64,000 nt of DNA from Paraspadella gotoi. Taxonomy: Eukaryota; Animalia; Chaetognatha. The stretch spans positions 18,098,087 through 18,162,086 of the forward strand of contig CM119266.1 in NCBI GenBank assembly GCA_051294375.1, written 5' to 3'. The notes below the pieces were generated by a model, which saw nothing but the letters and a program-made list of their open reading frames with translations, made no database searches and had not been told where the DNA came from. Numbering within the stretch: the first letter of the stretch is position 1; every line of letters starts with the position of its first letter. Made by a program: the position numbers and the translations under genes. Shown here one piece after another: positions 27,000 through 42,100 of this stretch.

Positions 27000-29900
27000 C
27001 ACTCACTCTCCTCTCCTGCCGGCCGTCGCTTCCGCTCCTGCCTCCTCCTCTCTCTCTCTCTCTCTCTCCTCGAATTTCGTGAACCAAAATGACGTCCCGT
27101 TTCAACAGTCAGTGAATTTCGGATCTGAAATTTGGGGTTAAAATAAACGGGGGGGGGGGGCAGGTTGACATAAGTCGAGCTTAAGGGGTTGTGTCGGTGA
27201 AGTGGTGATTTCTGAAGTGATTTGGATGAGATTAAAGGTACTTATATTTACATTGAAAAATAGTCTCTTCAATTACTAGTAAATTTCTCAGATACGTCAT
27301 TTTTATAATGTTACAGAAAAAGACAATTAGTTCAATTAGTCCCAAATAGTATTTACAATTTTTCGTTATCCTCTGCGATGATCAAAAATTAACTTACGTT
27401 TAAACTCAGAAACAGATTAAACGAAAAATAGAGATGAAAGAAAGACAGAAAAAAATACAAAACAAATACAGATCCAGAGACAAAATTAAGATGAGAAAAA
27501 AACATGAGTAAAAACGAAGAAAAAAGTTGATATTTTGCCAACAGATTTTTGACTTGACGATCCTTTGATGTCAGTTAGGTTTATTAAATTTAAAATTTAT
27601 CTAAAATAACTTAAGTTGACTATTGATGTTAAGGAAGATACCAAACAACTAACGACAAGACGCAGAAAGCAAACTTGAGAAGCGAAATTGACTGCAAATT
27701 CTATAATTTTTTTTATATTTTTGTCATTTTCTTTCAAAAAAAAAAATTTTATCGCAAAAAATATTGGCTGAGCTTACGCTTACCAGATGTTCTTTATGAG
27801 AGAGAGAGAGAAAGAGAGAGAGNNNNNNNNNNNNNNNNNNNNNNNNNNNNNNNNNNNNNNNNNNNNNNNNNNNNNNNNNNNTGAGACGAGAAAGGACGAG
27901 AGAGAGAGAGAGAGAGAAGAGAGAGAAAAACAAATGTGATGTTTTGCTTGGCAAAGTCCTAGGCTCATTTATCTCTCTCTGGGAGGAAGAGAGAGAGAGA
28001 GGGAGAGAAATCACAATTTTTCTATAAATATCCCTTTTTCATATTTCGTCTCGTGTTTTTTGAAATGAAACAGACTTTCTTTTCTCAATTTTTTATTTGG
28101 AGATTTTTGGGTCGTAACATAAAAAGAATGAATATAAAGAAAGAAAAAGAAAAGAAAAAAAAGAGATGAAGAGAAAAAAGAAAAGAAAAGAAAAGAAAAG
28201 AAAGGAAAAGAGAAGGAACGGGAAGAAAAAAGGGATAAACTGGATCCTTAAGTGATTCCAGCTGAGAGAGATTCCCCCTCCACGCTGCTCACTCTCACAT
28301 TCCACTCTAGTATTTTCTTCTTTCCCCCTCTGATTATTCCAAACCACCCTATTCTTTTTTCCCACCTCTTTTTATATCTCTTCTCCCTCCTCCCTTTCTC
28401 CCTTTTTTCCCTTTCTCCCTTTTTTCCCTTTTTCCCTTTCTCTCTTTTTCCCTTTCTCCCTTTTCCCTTTCTCCCTTTTTCCTCTTTTCCCTTTCTCCCT
28501 TCGCCCTTCCTAAGATCAGCGAAAAATGATTCAGGCAGAATACGATATTTATGTACGAACGTACAATAGACAAATTTACATTTAATCAATCATTAATATT
28601 AATGTAAAAAATATTTATTTTGATTTTAATTTTAATTTATTTTTTTTGGTAATAACTCAATTTGATTGTTAGCTCCATTGTAGTTGTTGAAAATACTATA
28701 TAGTCCTCGTTTTTACTATCGTAATTGTTGTTGTTATTTACTCGGCCGCCACAGTTTTCCTTCTCTGGGCGGGGTCGAGGGAAATGTAACGGGGATTCAA
28801 CTCAGAGGCGTGGTTGTAGAATGTAGATGGTCGCATTATATGCGCTCATTTCTCGCGTCGTTGGTTGCAACTTGTGCGATCGCTTGGACATAACGCGAAG
28901 CTGAAAATGTTTGACTGCATTTAAGGAGAAATCGTTTGATTACATTGAGGAGAAAATAAAAGCAAAGAAAAAGAAAAAGAAAAAGGCAAAGAACGAAAGC
29001 AAAGAGGAAAAAAAATTGGAAAAAAGCGATCGAATCTTGAAGAAATTTTCTCACTAATTTACTTTTCAAGTTTGAAGCTCACTCTCGCTATCTCTCTCTC
29101 TCTCTCTCAATAAATCAACTCCATCCATCAATCCATCAAATCAATTCATCAATCAATAAAAATCAAATCTATCATCCAATCCATCAGTCATCTATCAACT
29201 AATCAATAAAACAGTTGACATCAACTATGCGGCATGATTAAATTCAAGCCGCAACAATTTCATAGAACAAGGCGTAAGAAAAATTATTGTTCTTTCCTAT
29301 CCACTCATAAATAACAATTTATTTGATTTTTTCAGACAAAGAATTACAGATAAAGATGACTAAGAGACGCGATCGTAATTACGTACTTCAAGATATTAAC
29401 CAGTTATCAGTATATTTCTTTCTTTCTTCTCCTCTCTCTCTTCGTAAAGACTTTCTTTGATGGTTCATACTGCTACCCTAGTTTGGTTCCCAAGGCCGTT
29501 CGACGTGTCACTCGTCGAGAGAAAGGGTTTCTGACAGCAGAGTCTTTGAAGATTAATATTTATTACGCATATTGGTCAATTAAAATAAAAAACATGCGGC
29601 AATAATTGTGACAAAACAGTAGCGAACAATAGATCCGCCGGGAAAACGCTACACTATCTTAAATAAACAACATTTAGTCCAACAGAAGCGACGTTTCAAA
29701 ATGTTCATTTACATGACTGAACAAGCAATGACCAAAAATTGAATAGTAGATTTAATAATGCCCGTCGTCAAAAACTGGCCGAGATTAGAGAAAGAGAAAT
29801 TATGACCAACAAAAGGACAATTCTCTTTCACACACTCTCTCTCTCTCTCTCTCTCTCTACATTCTGAGAAATTATATCTTTTTCAGCCTGATTTTCTATT

Positions 29901-32900
29901 GTCAATTATGAGATCATGAATATTAAGGAATAAATGATGTGTTTTGTGTTGATTGATTGCATACATGATTCTATGGAGCTGTATTTGATTTTAGTGATTG
30001 ATTTATCTATCAACTGTTGTTTGATTGTTGATTTGAGTTATTTATTCCATCTATAATTTGATCAAAATGATTTGATTAATTGGTTTTCTTTTACTTGATT
30101 GATTGATAGTTTATTAAAATGATGTTTTTGCGTTTTTTTTTTTTTCTCTCATTTCTTTTTTTTCTTCAATTTTTTTAAATTCATTTCCATTTTCATTTAA
30201 AAGATCGAGAGAGAGAGATAAGGATGGGAGGCAGAGGGAGAAAATGAGGCATGAAGAGAGCAGGTAAAATGAGATACTCTGGTTAATCCTTAAGTAACTT
30301 GTCTCCGAGATAGTCTTGGTTTAAACTCATTATTTAGCTTGGACAGGAAATACTTGGGGTCAGTCGACATGGCGGTAGTCACCGTCGATACATTGCCCTG
30401 AGCCTAACTTTGGGAATTGATTGTATACTTTTCATCCAGATGTTCTAATTACCATCAACCAGTTACCTGCCGGAGATGGCCCAATATAACAAATTATTAG
30501 CTATTCATACTTCATACTTCATCTAATATGTTTCGTTAATTACCTTTTTTTTTTCTGAAAAGAAAAACAGCCAAACAAATAATTGCTGGGGGAATCGGTT
30601 GCAAAAAAATCTTTATGATGTCAACACAATATTAAAACATAAACAAAAAAAGAGGAAATAAAAAAAGAGAAAAAGAGATCAGACGGGGACAAAGTCAAGC
30701 ATAACTCCATCCATCGCGCACGAATCCACATTGAGCGATGGCAACCTCACATCACAGGACGACTTCGGGAAGCAAGCAGTCCGCATTCTCGCACTGACAG
30801 CCAGACATAAAGTCTCTCAAAAAGTGCTTAACGTTTTGCCGATATCTAAGCCCTGCATTCGTGCTTGCGAGTTGGCAAATGTCTTTTAGGTTTGAGAAAG
30901 CCATCCAAGTTCCCATGCCCCAAAGGTAGTGACCAAAGGGATGGAATGAAGCCAAGTCGGGCCGGCAGTAGTTTGCCTTCATACTTAGCATGTTTGGTCC
31001 TGAACGAGCTCGTTCCAGGGCATAGTGGGATGTTGACGAATGGTATGCACTAACTTACAACCAGTTTCCCATTTAAAAAATTATTTTCTCCTTAAAGATT
31101 TAATAGTAATTAAAAGGTTTTTTTAGATTTGGATCTGAAACTTAAAGACTGTTAAATATTGATATGAAAAATGATTACCTAACTATTAAAATATTAATGA
31201 ATATTTTGATTGTACCAGTTTTTTATTGGGGTTTAAAGAAGGTGTATTTCTTTTCTCTTTTTTGACAATCTTCAAAATGCCATAATCTCGGCCCTGGGTG
31301 ATACTAATTTACAAAATATTTATATATTTTAGTAATTCCTTGTCTTAATCTCTTTATAATAATAAAAAAAATTTGAAATTTGATAAAGTATTTAATAAAT
31401 ACCTTTTTTAAGTAATATTCTTTAAAAATAATTATTCAAATTTTGTTTTGAAATAATAAGTTAGAAATTCTTCCAAAAAAAACAAGCTTAAGTTAAAGCT
31501 TGATACAATGCAATTGTTTATGCACTTTTAAACAAAATAAAAAAATACTTAACCTTAGTTAGGAGAAATTGTAGTTAAAGTAGAAAAATCCATTAAATAT
31601 GCAAATGAGATTATGCTAATTTTTTTTAAGTTAATTTTTTGGAGTACCACAGCAGATAAAGTGCTTGGCTATTTTATGGTTAAAAAATCAAATTCCAGTT
31701 TCTCTGCATTATTTTAGTATAAATGACAAGTTGAATTTTTGATATTAAAAATTTGACCTTTGTGACAAAATTTTTTTTGAGATGACCGAAACTCATAATA
31801 TGTTGTAGAGCTACCCCGAAGGCCCATCTAAGACTTATAATAATAAAATCATAATATTCACTAATTAATAGTTATGAACTTGATTAAATAAAATGACACA
31901 TCTAATATTCCGCCTAGTAAATGCTAATAAAACTGTTAAATTTTATTCATTTATTTCTGACAACATCTACACAAACCCTCCCTTTGAGTATGTATATAAA
32001 ATTTAAAAATGTACTACATAAAATGATCAAGTTATGCAAATTTTTAAAATTTTTTTTTTTGAGCCTATTTTTAAGTGGGTTTAGAAAGTTTGTCCCGATT
32101 TTTAAATTTTTTAACGCCCAATGGGCAATAGAACCTACCGTATGAGACTATTTATGCGTGTTTTTTAAAATATAGCCTCATTAGACGCAAAAATATAAAA
32201 TTATTTATCCCTGGAAAAAAAGACACTCTACGCTTGGGGCTGGAGGTACTATACAGATAATTGTTGATACAAAGATTTTTTATCGAGAGTGAAAAAGGAG
32301 ATAGGAGGAGAGAAACAAAGGAAAGAAAAGATTTTGCTTCTTATTTTAGTATAACAATGGAAAAAAAATTTTTTGATTATTGAATTATTTAAAAAAAACG
32401 GTAAAAGTAAAAAATTTAAAAATGAACTCAAATTCTTTAATTAGAAATATTTGCCGTTTTAATGAAATAAGTTCGGTATAAATTAAAAAGAATAAGTCCC
32501 CCTCCCGGTCGTGAGTTTTCACGGAATTTCGACAGTGTAGATTTTTTTTACGACTCGAATATGAAATTTTAATATTTAAATAAAGTCCGTCTTTAATTCG
32601 TTCGTTCCGTCATTCTATTTCTATTATAGACACATAAATCTTGTCATATAAAATAGCTGCATCCTGGTTGACCGTGACGATCCGCGGAACGAATTATTTT
32701 TAAACGTTTGATCGTAGCCAGATGCCCGACCAAACGTGAGAATTATATAAATTTCTGCCTGCCAGTGGTGTCAGACAATACAGATAATTTTTGATTATGT
32801 TCGTTCCGTCAGCACGCCCCTCTGACACAAAATTTTTGAAACAACTCGCACGTCACTCGCTCGTTCCAAAGCATGACAATTTCAGAGACCTGACGCGATG

Positions 32901-35900
32901 CAGAGAGAGATACGCACTAACCCCATAATGACGAACTGTCGATCATTCTGACCGTGCCATGCGGACAGCAATATAGAGATGAAGTGGTACGAGTGCGGGA
33001 GATAGGGCGGGACAGACCAGAGAGAGATGAGATCGAAAGACGAACTCACGAACGAGACCGCAGAGAGAGAGATGAGAGAGAGACGAGAGAGCAGGGACCC
33101 TCCGAAGCATGGCTGAGTTCAATCTCCATTGACCGTATTACATTTAAGCCCGTTTGAGACCAACTTTTTAACCTTTCAAATGATATCTCTCTTTCTTTTC
33201 TTTCTTTCTCTTCTTTCTGTTTCTTTCTTTCTTTCTTTGGCTTTCTTTCTTTCTTTCTTTCTCTAAACTTCTCTTCCTTTTATTTTCGTTCTATATATTT
33301 TTTTTCTGTCCGTCTTTTTAAAGATCTGTCTCGATAGGTTCTCCATTTTTCGTTCCAATAGTATCTCTGTCCAGGGTTCTTTCTCTCTTCCTTCTTCTCT
33401 TCTCTGCGCTGCACTTATACTAACTAGAGATCAAGGAGCAAACCACCCGGGTTGACTCACTCTTCAAGCCAGAATCCAGCTTAGCTCCTCTCTACGCTTC
33501 TCCTTATTTAATGGAATGGGGATAAATTAACGCCTTTTTGGTCCATTTACGATTGTGTTGTTTCTGTTCACACGGGGCCGTTGTATCAAGATCAATAAGC
33601 ATATACAGCCGGTGGGCCTGTGAGTTTGTGATGAGAATCAGTTCTTATGGGATTTTATGCACCCACGTGTTTTGTGTCCGTGTGCGCCCGTGTTCCGAGG
33701 TTGTCTAAGAGTTGACGTGTGCGGGCACAGGCTTTTTGTCCGTGATGTGTGAATGTTTTTGGTTGAGTTCCTGGTGCGTGCTTGCGTATGATGAAATGTT
33801 GTTGATAATAGTCATATGAAGGAATTAAAAATCTATGCAGAGAAATTTTTTTAAGAGCCGCCGAAAGGCGAGAAAAGCGTTGCGTTGGTGGTGTGGCTGT
33901 CGCTGTGTGGTTGGCTTGTGATTATGGTGGTTTGGTGTGATTGCCCTCAGTTTCTTTTTAACGGGTTGTGATAGTGCGTGGGTTGAGCTGGATGGATGGA
34001 GGGTGGTGTGTGGTGTGAGTGGTGTGGTGGTGTGGATGTGGAGGTTGATGGGTGTTGTTGGTTTTGGGTTTTTGTTTTTGTGTTTGTGTGTGTGGGTGGT
34101 TGTTGGTGTGGGTTGGTGTGCTGGGTGTGTGTTTAGTGCGTTTTTTTTGTTTGTTGTTTTTTTTGGTGTGGTGTGTGTTGGTGTGGTGTGGGGGGTGGTG
34201 GTGATTGAGGGAGACGACGGATAAGACGATAGAGAGATCGAGATGAGGAGAGACGAGAGATCGAGAGAAAAAGAAGAAAGAGAGAGACGAGGAGAAGAGT
34301 TGGGTGTTTTGTTGTTTTTTTTTTGCTTTTACGATGATCGAAAGGGGGGTGGAAAGAAGAAGAGAGGGAAAAGGGAAACGAAGGGCGAAGAGAAAAAGAA
34401 AGGAGGTGAAAAGGGGAAAGAAAAGGGGAATTATGATTATTTGGATAATATTAGATCGGAAAAGAAAATTGTTGTTTGAATGCAAGTGAGGGGGGGAGGG
34501 GAGGAAAGAAGGAAGAGGGGGGAACGATGAATGGCGAGTCGAAAACAAGGAGAGAAAAAGAAGGGAAGGGGGGGAAGGGGCGGGAGGGCGGGGGAGAGGG
34601 GAAAAGGAAAGAAAGAACAGAATGAAAAAGAGGAAAGCGAGAGGGAGAAGAAAAGAAAAGGGGAGGAGGGTAGAGGGGGTTACAGAACGAAAAAGAGGAC
34701 AAAAGGAGGGAGGGGGAAGGGAATAGGGATCAAGCGGAAGCAGAGGGGAGGGGGCGAAGAGGCAAACAAGAAGAGACCAAAGAAAAGAAAAAGAAAACAA
34801 CAAGGCAGGACGAAAAAAAAAGGAGAACAAACCAAAGGAGGAGGGACACAAAAAAAAGAGAGAGCGAGAGAAAAGGAACGAAGAAAGAATAGGAGGAAAG
34901 AGAGAAGGAGGAGTCAGGGGCGAAAGAGAAGTGGAAAAAGAAGGGAGGAAAGAGGGAAGAGGCAAGAAGAGAGCACGCAGGGGAAGCGATCGGAGAGAAC
35001 AGACACGCTGGAAGGGAGAAGAGAACGAGAGAGAAAGCGTCAACAGAAGGGAGGAAATGGTAAGGAAAAGAGAACAAAAATGCGGGAAAAGAAATGAGGC
35101 CAGGGAGGGGAACTAGAACAGCTGACACTAAGAGAGGACCACGGGGAAGAGCGGAAACAACAGGAATCGAGGGACGGAGATGAAGACAGGTGATAGCGGG
35201 GCGCAGTGAAAAGCTTCTGGTCTAGAAGGAGAGAGAAACGAATAAAAAGCGCGGCGAGATATCATGCACCACATGAAAGGGAAGACATAAAGGCGGAGAG
35301 TACATGGAGCCGGTCCAGGCGTACGTGTGGCGTTGATAACGGAGACCAGCACAAGAAAGTATCACGCCTTAATGTGACCTATATTACTAGACACGCTGCC
35401 GCTCCCTGCTTTACACTAAGAGAAACACGGAAGGACGAACGGTGTGACACGGGGAGAGAACGGGATAGGGCAGGAGAAGAGAACCGAACAGGAACGAAAA
35501 ATCCAGAAAATGGATAGCATTATGAGGGAGGAACCAAAGGATAACGAGAAATAGACGGACTGGCGAAAAAGAGGAAACAGACAAATAAATAACTAGCGGG
35601 GGGAGGACAAAAGAATAACACGAAAAATAGTATTCTTCGGACATACATGTCAAGTACCAGGAATAGGCGAAAGGGAGAACAGGGCGGTCAGCAGAGAAAG
35701 ACGGAAGGGGTGAAGAGGGCGCGACCTCTGGGAACGAGGACGCGAAGCGAAAAAGGATAACGAGACGTAGAGAGCGGGGAGTGGGACGATGAAGAGTCAG
35801 ACGAAATAACACTAGGAGGCGAAATAAAGAGGAAGATGAAATGACTGACCTGGGGAAGAAACTAGCAACTCGAAATCCTGGAAATGGTTAGCCATCCAGA

Positions 35901-38900
35901 CATTACAGAACAGGTCTCGCACGCACGGGCGGGGGGGAACAAAGAGGCAGCGTCAGTGAAATAATCAGCGCAAGAGCTCTATCAGCCAACTGTCCTTTAG
36001 ACGTACCGCACATGACAGAACTCCTGGAGGCTATCTCGTCGACATCTATGTGCGCTGACCTACGAAAGACAAATCCGAGTATTACGAGATGACGGTCCAT
36101 GAAATAATCCTGGCTCAACACGAACTACTCGGTCACAAACTGCGCGTACTCCACAACTTGTACGAGCGGAGGAAAGAGCAAAAGGAAAAATAATAATACA
36201 GGGTAACGGCCACGAAAAGACACGGCGGCGGAAATCGGATAATAAGGAGATAAGATGGAAAGGACGGAAAAAAGAAAGGGGAGAGAGGAAAAGTCCATAA
36301 GGGGCAGGATAAACGAATACGAGACGAATAAACGAGGAAACGGGGGGGGTGGGAGTAGAAAAGATAGAAGGGGGCACTGAAACGTCGGAGGGACGATAAA
36401 GCGGGGAGACAGAAACACGCCAAGCAGAAGAGGAGGAAAAAAAAGGAAAGGGGAACACGGAAAGAACAAAGTCGAAAGGAGCATCGAAACCAGCAAGGAC
36501 GACACAGGGACAAGAGCCGGATGAGATAACAGCGAACTATAGGGAGAGCAAGAAGGAATAACAAGCAGGTCCATATCAAGGGAAGAATGGCACAAGACGG
36601 GGGGTACCAAACAGAAGGAGGGAGGGAAAGATGGGAAAGCAAAGGAGGAAAAGGGGACCAACAACGACAGACGGAGGGACAGAAGAAACCATAGAAATAG
36701 GAGGTCAAGGACAGAACGAAATAAGAACAGAAAAAGCAAAGGAAGGAAAGGAAAGTGAACTCAGAGGAGACACAGCGCAGCGGTAGGACGCAAGAAGAAT
36801 CACAGGTGAGCCTTGGAGCTGAGAAGCGGAAGGCGAAGCATGGCGAAAGCAGTCAAGTAGTTCACAAGAACATGATAGAACAGGCTGGGTGAAAACCTGC
36901 TAGCCAGCCTCATGAACTTAAACGCAACGAAGAAGAGACGAAAGAGGAGTGGAATAAGACGGCGGGGCGGGAGTGAGCGAAATAGATTAGCAAGAACCGA
37001 ACACAGACTAACTTCTCGTAACCGCGACAACAATGCCAGCCACATGGGATACTATTTTAAGAGCCGAAGATACACGTCACCAATCCCAAAGCCAGATCCT
37101 CAAGAGAAGACACAGAAATACGGGCTGCACATCCACAAACTTCATACTCGAACTCAGGGAGGACGAGAAAACCTCCTACTATTATCGCTGGTCAACGCAG
37201 ACAACGGATGACAAAAGGCAAAGGGGGGAGGATAGAAGGAGGAGGGAAAAAAAGGGAAGAAGGAGGGAGGTGGAGAAGAAGGAGGAAGGAAAGAGGAATG
37301 GGGACAAAAGGGAGGAAAGGAAGGGGGGGGGGAAGACAGAGGAGGGGGGAGAAAAAGCAAGAAACGCAAGAAAAAGTAGGGGGAAGAAGGGGAGAGGGAG
37401 CTAGAGAGAAAAGACAGGGTAGAAGGGGGGGTGGGAAGGGACGGAGGAAGGAAAACGCAGGAAAGGGAGAAGAAGAGGCGAAGGGGGAGGAGAGGAGAAC
37501 TAGGTGGGGGGCAGATGGAAGCACGAACAGAGAGAGGAGAAGACGAGGGAGAGGAAGAGAAACAGAGGAAGAAGAAAGAANNNNNNNNNNNNNNNNNNNN
37601 NNNNNTCGCTTCCGTTAAAAAGAAATGAGGCATCACATTCGTCGGGGACAAAGAAGCTTTTCTGCTTTCGGCTCTAAAAAATTCTCTCATGATTTTTATC
37701 CTTCATATGTTTTCAATTTTGGCCGTAACTTTCCGTGCCCGCACACTCACTCTTGCACGCAAACCCGGGCGCACACGGACACAAACACGTGGGTGCAAAA
37801 AATCCCATAGAACGATCTCACACAGCTGTAATATGCTTTGATTAGATACGCTTGAAAGACACAAATCGTAAATGGACCAAAAAAGAGCAGAATTAATCCT
37901 TCCCATTAAAGCGAGAGAGAGACAAAGTTAAAAAATGGTTTTAACTGGATTCTCGGCTTGAGAGTGAGTCAACCCCGTGTCCCTTGATCTCTAATTAGTA
38001 TGACCAGAGAGAGAGAAAGAGAGAGAAAGAACCTGACAGAGATATTGACAAAATGAGAGAACCTGACAGACTTAAAGACGGACAGAAAAAAAATATAAAG
38101 AAAATAAAAAGAGAGTTAGAAAGAAAGAAAGAAAGAAAGAAAGAAAGNNNNNNNNNNNNNNNNNNNNNNNNNNNNNNNNNNNNNNNNNNNNNNNNNNNNN
38201 NNNNNNNNNNNNNNNNNNNNNNNNNNNNNNNNNNNNNNNNNNNNNNNNNNNNNNNNNNNNNNNNNNNNNNNNNNNNNNNNNNNNNNNNNNNNNNNNNNNN
38301 NNNNNNNNNNNNNNNNNNNNNNNNNNNNNNNNNNNNNNNNNNNNNNNNNNNNNNNNNNNNNNNNNNNNNNNNNNNNNNNNNNNNNNNNNNNNNNNNNNNN
38401 NNNNNNNNNNNNNNNNNNNNNNNNNNNNNNNNNNNNNNNNNNNNNNNNNNNNGCTTTTTTCAAAATTTTTCGCTGCTGATCGAACGACATCAAATTATCT
38501 GTCTGTCTGACATCCACTGACGCAAAATTATCCGTTTGTCGGGCATCAAACGTTATAAAATAATCGTTCCGACGTCAACCAGCATTTTATGACAAAATTA
38601 TGTCTATAATAGAATGACGAACGAACGAATTAAAGACGACTTATTAATATTAAATTCATATTCGTAAAAAATCTACAATGTCGAAATCCGTGAAAGACCG
38701 GGCGGGGGACTTAATCTTTTTAATATATCGAACTTATTTCATTAAAACCAAATATTTCTAATTAAGAATTGAGTCATTTTGATTTTTACCTTTTTTTTAA
38801 TAATTCAATAATCAATTTTTTTTTCCATTTTATATCTTAAAATAAGAACAAAATCTTTTTCTTTCTTTGTTTCTCTCTCTTTCCTTTTTCTCGATAAAAA

Positions 38901-38976
38901 ATCTTTGTAAATCAAAATCTGTAATAATTTGAAACTTGATCTCGAATCGAATTCTTTGCCTTCGTCTTTGAGACTC

Positions 38977-39015
<39 letters not shown>

Positions 39016-39086
39016 AGAAACAGATGGTATTAGACAAAAAAGTTGAAACTTTAGAAAGAAAAGAATTTTTTGGAACTGCGGAAAGT

Positions 39087-39175
<89 letters not shown>

Positions 39176-42100
39176 AGTATAATTTTGAAAATATAAAAAA
39201 ACAAACTGAGGAAAAGAAAGAATCAAGGAATTGTTGAGTTTTGAGTTTTGTTTTGAAAAATTAAGACATTTATGATGTAGTTGAAAGGGAAATTAACTTT
39301 TAGGCTTTCAACGAGATTTTTTTCGGGAAAACTGCTTTCCACTACTTGATGGTGGAAATGAATATTTATTTATTTTATCATTTGTATTTTTATAGTAATG
39401 AGTCTTTTCCCTTAAATCGTGAAAGTTTTAGAAAATTGAGAAGTCAATGAGATCTTTATCAAATATCAATATATCATTGCTCTTTAAATTGAAATAACAC
39501 CCGAAAGTAAAAAAAAAAAGTTTCCCAAAATTTTACGAAGATCAACTTTGATTCGATGGATCGAATTAAAAAAAAACTGAAAAGATTCAAATCATTTCCT
39601 CTTAATTTCTCATCCTCTCCATTTTATCCCATTTTATTTCTTACATTTCTTTAAATATTTTTTTTAAACACCCTGTTTCTATTCCCTCAAGCTGTAATTA
39701 TTCTTTTGCTTTCTTATATTAAAATTTTTGTTTAATTTTATCGTTCACCTTTTCTCTCTTTTTCTTTGTTAATTTCGTTCAATTCGGGCGATTTTATACT
39801 TACCTTCTTTTACAAATTATTCAATATTAAAAAATACTATAAAATTAGTGCAATAAATAAAAAAAAATATCAATTCAGACAGGCTTTGGTCGGCTCAGGC
39901 CTCATTCCTTCTTATAATATAATGACATAGCAGTCGTCTGAAAACTTTCCATCAAGACTTTCTTAAAGTCGAGTTTATTAGCTCAAAGAGCACTTTGCCT
40001 ACGTATCAATGATGCGGATTGATGTGGTATAACATTTTGACAGACTGTTTCAATTTTATTAAAGAACCTCTCCTCTTAGTATTAAATCAGGGAATATATT
40101 ATTCTTTCCCTTGTTTTTAATATAACCTTCGTTTAACTCAACCCAATGACCAATCTTATTTCCACATTTCTTTTCCCCTCTCTTTCAGAGCTTACGGCGG
40201 CGCCTATCCCTCTCCCATGAGCGGCGCTATGGGTGGCGGCATGGGCGTCAACTCCACAATGAACTCGATCCAATCAGCGGTCGCCAACGCGGGCAACGCG
40301 GCCATGATGGCGTCCATGTACGACCAGGTCAGTTTCCTTGGCGACGAAAATAAAAAAAAAAAATTAAGCTAAATACATTTTTTTTTTTGGTAAGATTTAA
40401 AACAAACCTGAACTATATTACTAATTTAATATAAACGTATGTGCTGCGAAGGGATAAAGGCCTACTCATAGCATGACCAATTTGATCATTTTCCAAAGTC
40501 AGGAAGCAAGATAGTTAAATAATTATTAAATTCATGAAAATTTTTGGTATTTTTTTGTACTTATTTCATATAAATTACTCATGAAAAAAAACAGGCACAG
40601 AAAGCGAAAACAACTACTACAACCTAAGGAACAAAAACGACAACAACAACAACAAGAACTGGTCGAGATAGATTTGTAGAAAAAATTTTAGACAAAAAAG
40701 AGAAAAAAAATGGGGATGGTGGTCGGACGATAAAGGTGGTGGTTTGAGGCGGTGGGTGGAGAATTGGGTGGTAGGGTGAGTCGAGATCCCAGAACACAGG
40801 GGGGGGCAAGGGGGGTAAAAGAAAGATCCACCCCCGAAGCGAAAGAAAGGAGATAATATCTTCATCTCCCACACAATTTCTTCTTTCTTTTTATTTTTGA
40901 AATCTTGACGATATTTTTTTTTCCTTATCTCCATTTAATATCTAATTCTCACCGAATTAAAAACGGATAGCGTTTCGCGAGCGAGCGAGTGAGCGAGCCT
41001 CTTAATTAATTTATTATTTTTTTTTAGATTGTTCATTCGTTTATGAACTCGATGGTTCGTTCGCTTGTTCGATTGTTCGTTCGTTCGTTCGTTTCATTTC
41101 GTTCGTTTATCTTTAGTCTATCCATTCCATAATTCATTCTATCATTGATTTTTTTCTGTAGTCTGTCACTGATTCATTTATTCAACCGGTTAATGAAATT
41201 AATAAATCAATTTAATTCACAATCAATTCACAATCAATTCACAATCAATTGACAGTCGTACCTCTCCCGCGGTGCACCTCACTGCTACGGACCCTACAAT
41301 CCCTCACATCATCACGCAGGGAAAGACATGGTGAAGCCGCCTTACTCTTACATCGCCCTCATCGCTATGGCCATTCAGGTGAGGACATGGCAAAGTGACA
41401 CGGAGATTTGAGAAGGCTTTTGAGGTATAGACATGGTGAAGACTGAAGAGACATGTTGAAGTTTAAGTTGAGAGCATGGTTGAGAGACAGGTGAAATGTG
41501 TTTGAGGAAAAAACATGGAGAAAACCTATGGGTAAATAAAACTTGACGGNNNNNNNNNNNNNNNNNNNNNNNNNNNNNNNNNNNNNNNNNNNNNNNNNNN
41601 NNNNNNNNNNNNNNNNNNNNNNNNNNNNNNNNNNNNNNNNNNNNNNNNNNNNNNNNNNNNNNNNNNNNNNNNNNNNNNNNNNNNNNNNNNNNNNNNNNNN
41701 NNNNNNNNNNNNNNNNNNNNNNNNNNNNNNNNNNNNNNNNNNNNNNNNNNNNNNNNNNNNNNNNNNNNNNNNNNNNNNNNNNNNNNNNNNNNNNNNNNNN
41801 NNNNNNNNNNNNNNNNNNNNNNNNNNNNNNNNNNNNNNNNNNNNNNNNNNNNNNNNNNNNNNNNNNNNNNNNNNNNNNNNNNNNNNNNNNNNNNNNNNNN
41901 NNNNNNNNNNNNNNNNNNNNNNNNNNNNNNNNNNNNNNNNNNNNNNNNNNNNNNNNNNNNNNNNNNNNNNNNNNNNNNNNNNNNNNNNNNNNNNNNNNNN
42001 NNNNNNNNNNNNNNNNNNNNNNNNNNNNNNNNNNNNNNNNNNNNNNNNNNNNNNNNNNNNNNNNNNNNNNNNNNNNNNNNNNNNNNNNNNNNNNNNNNNN

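Noticed and set aside
33958-37580. Long ORFs (up to 361 aa) rich in F/L/S/P or R/K/E/G
   Set aside because: Products of strand-biased low-complexity sequence; no domain or splice structure.
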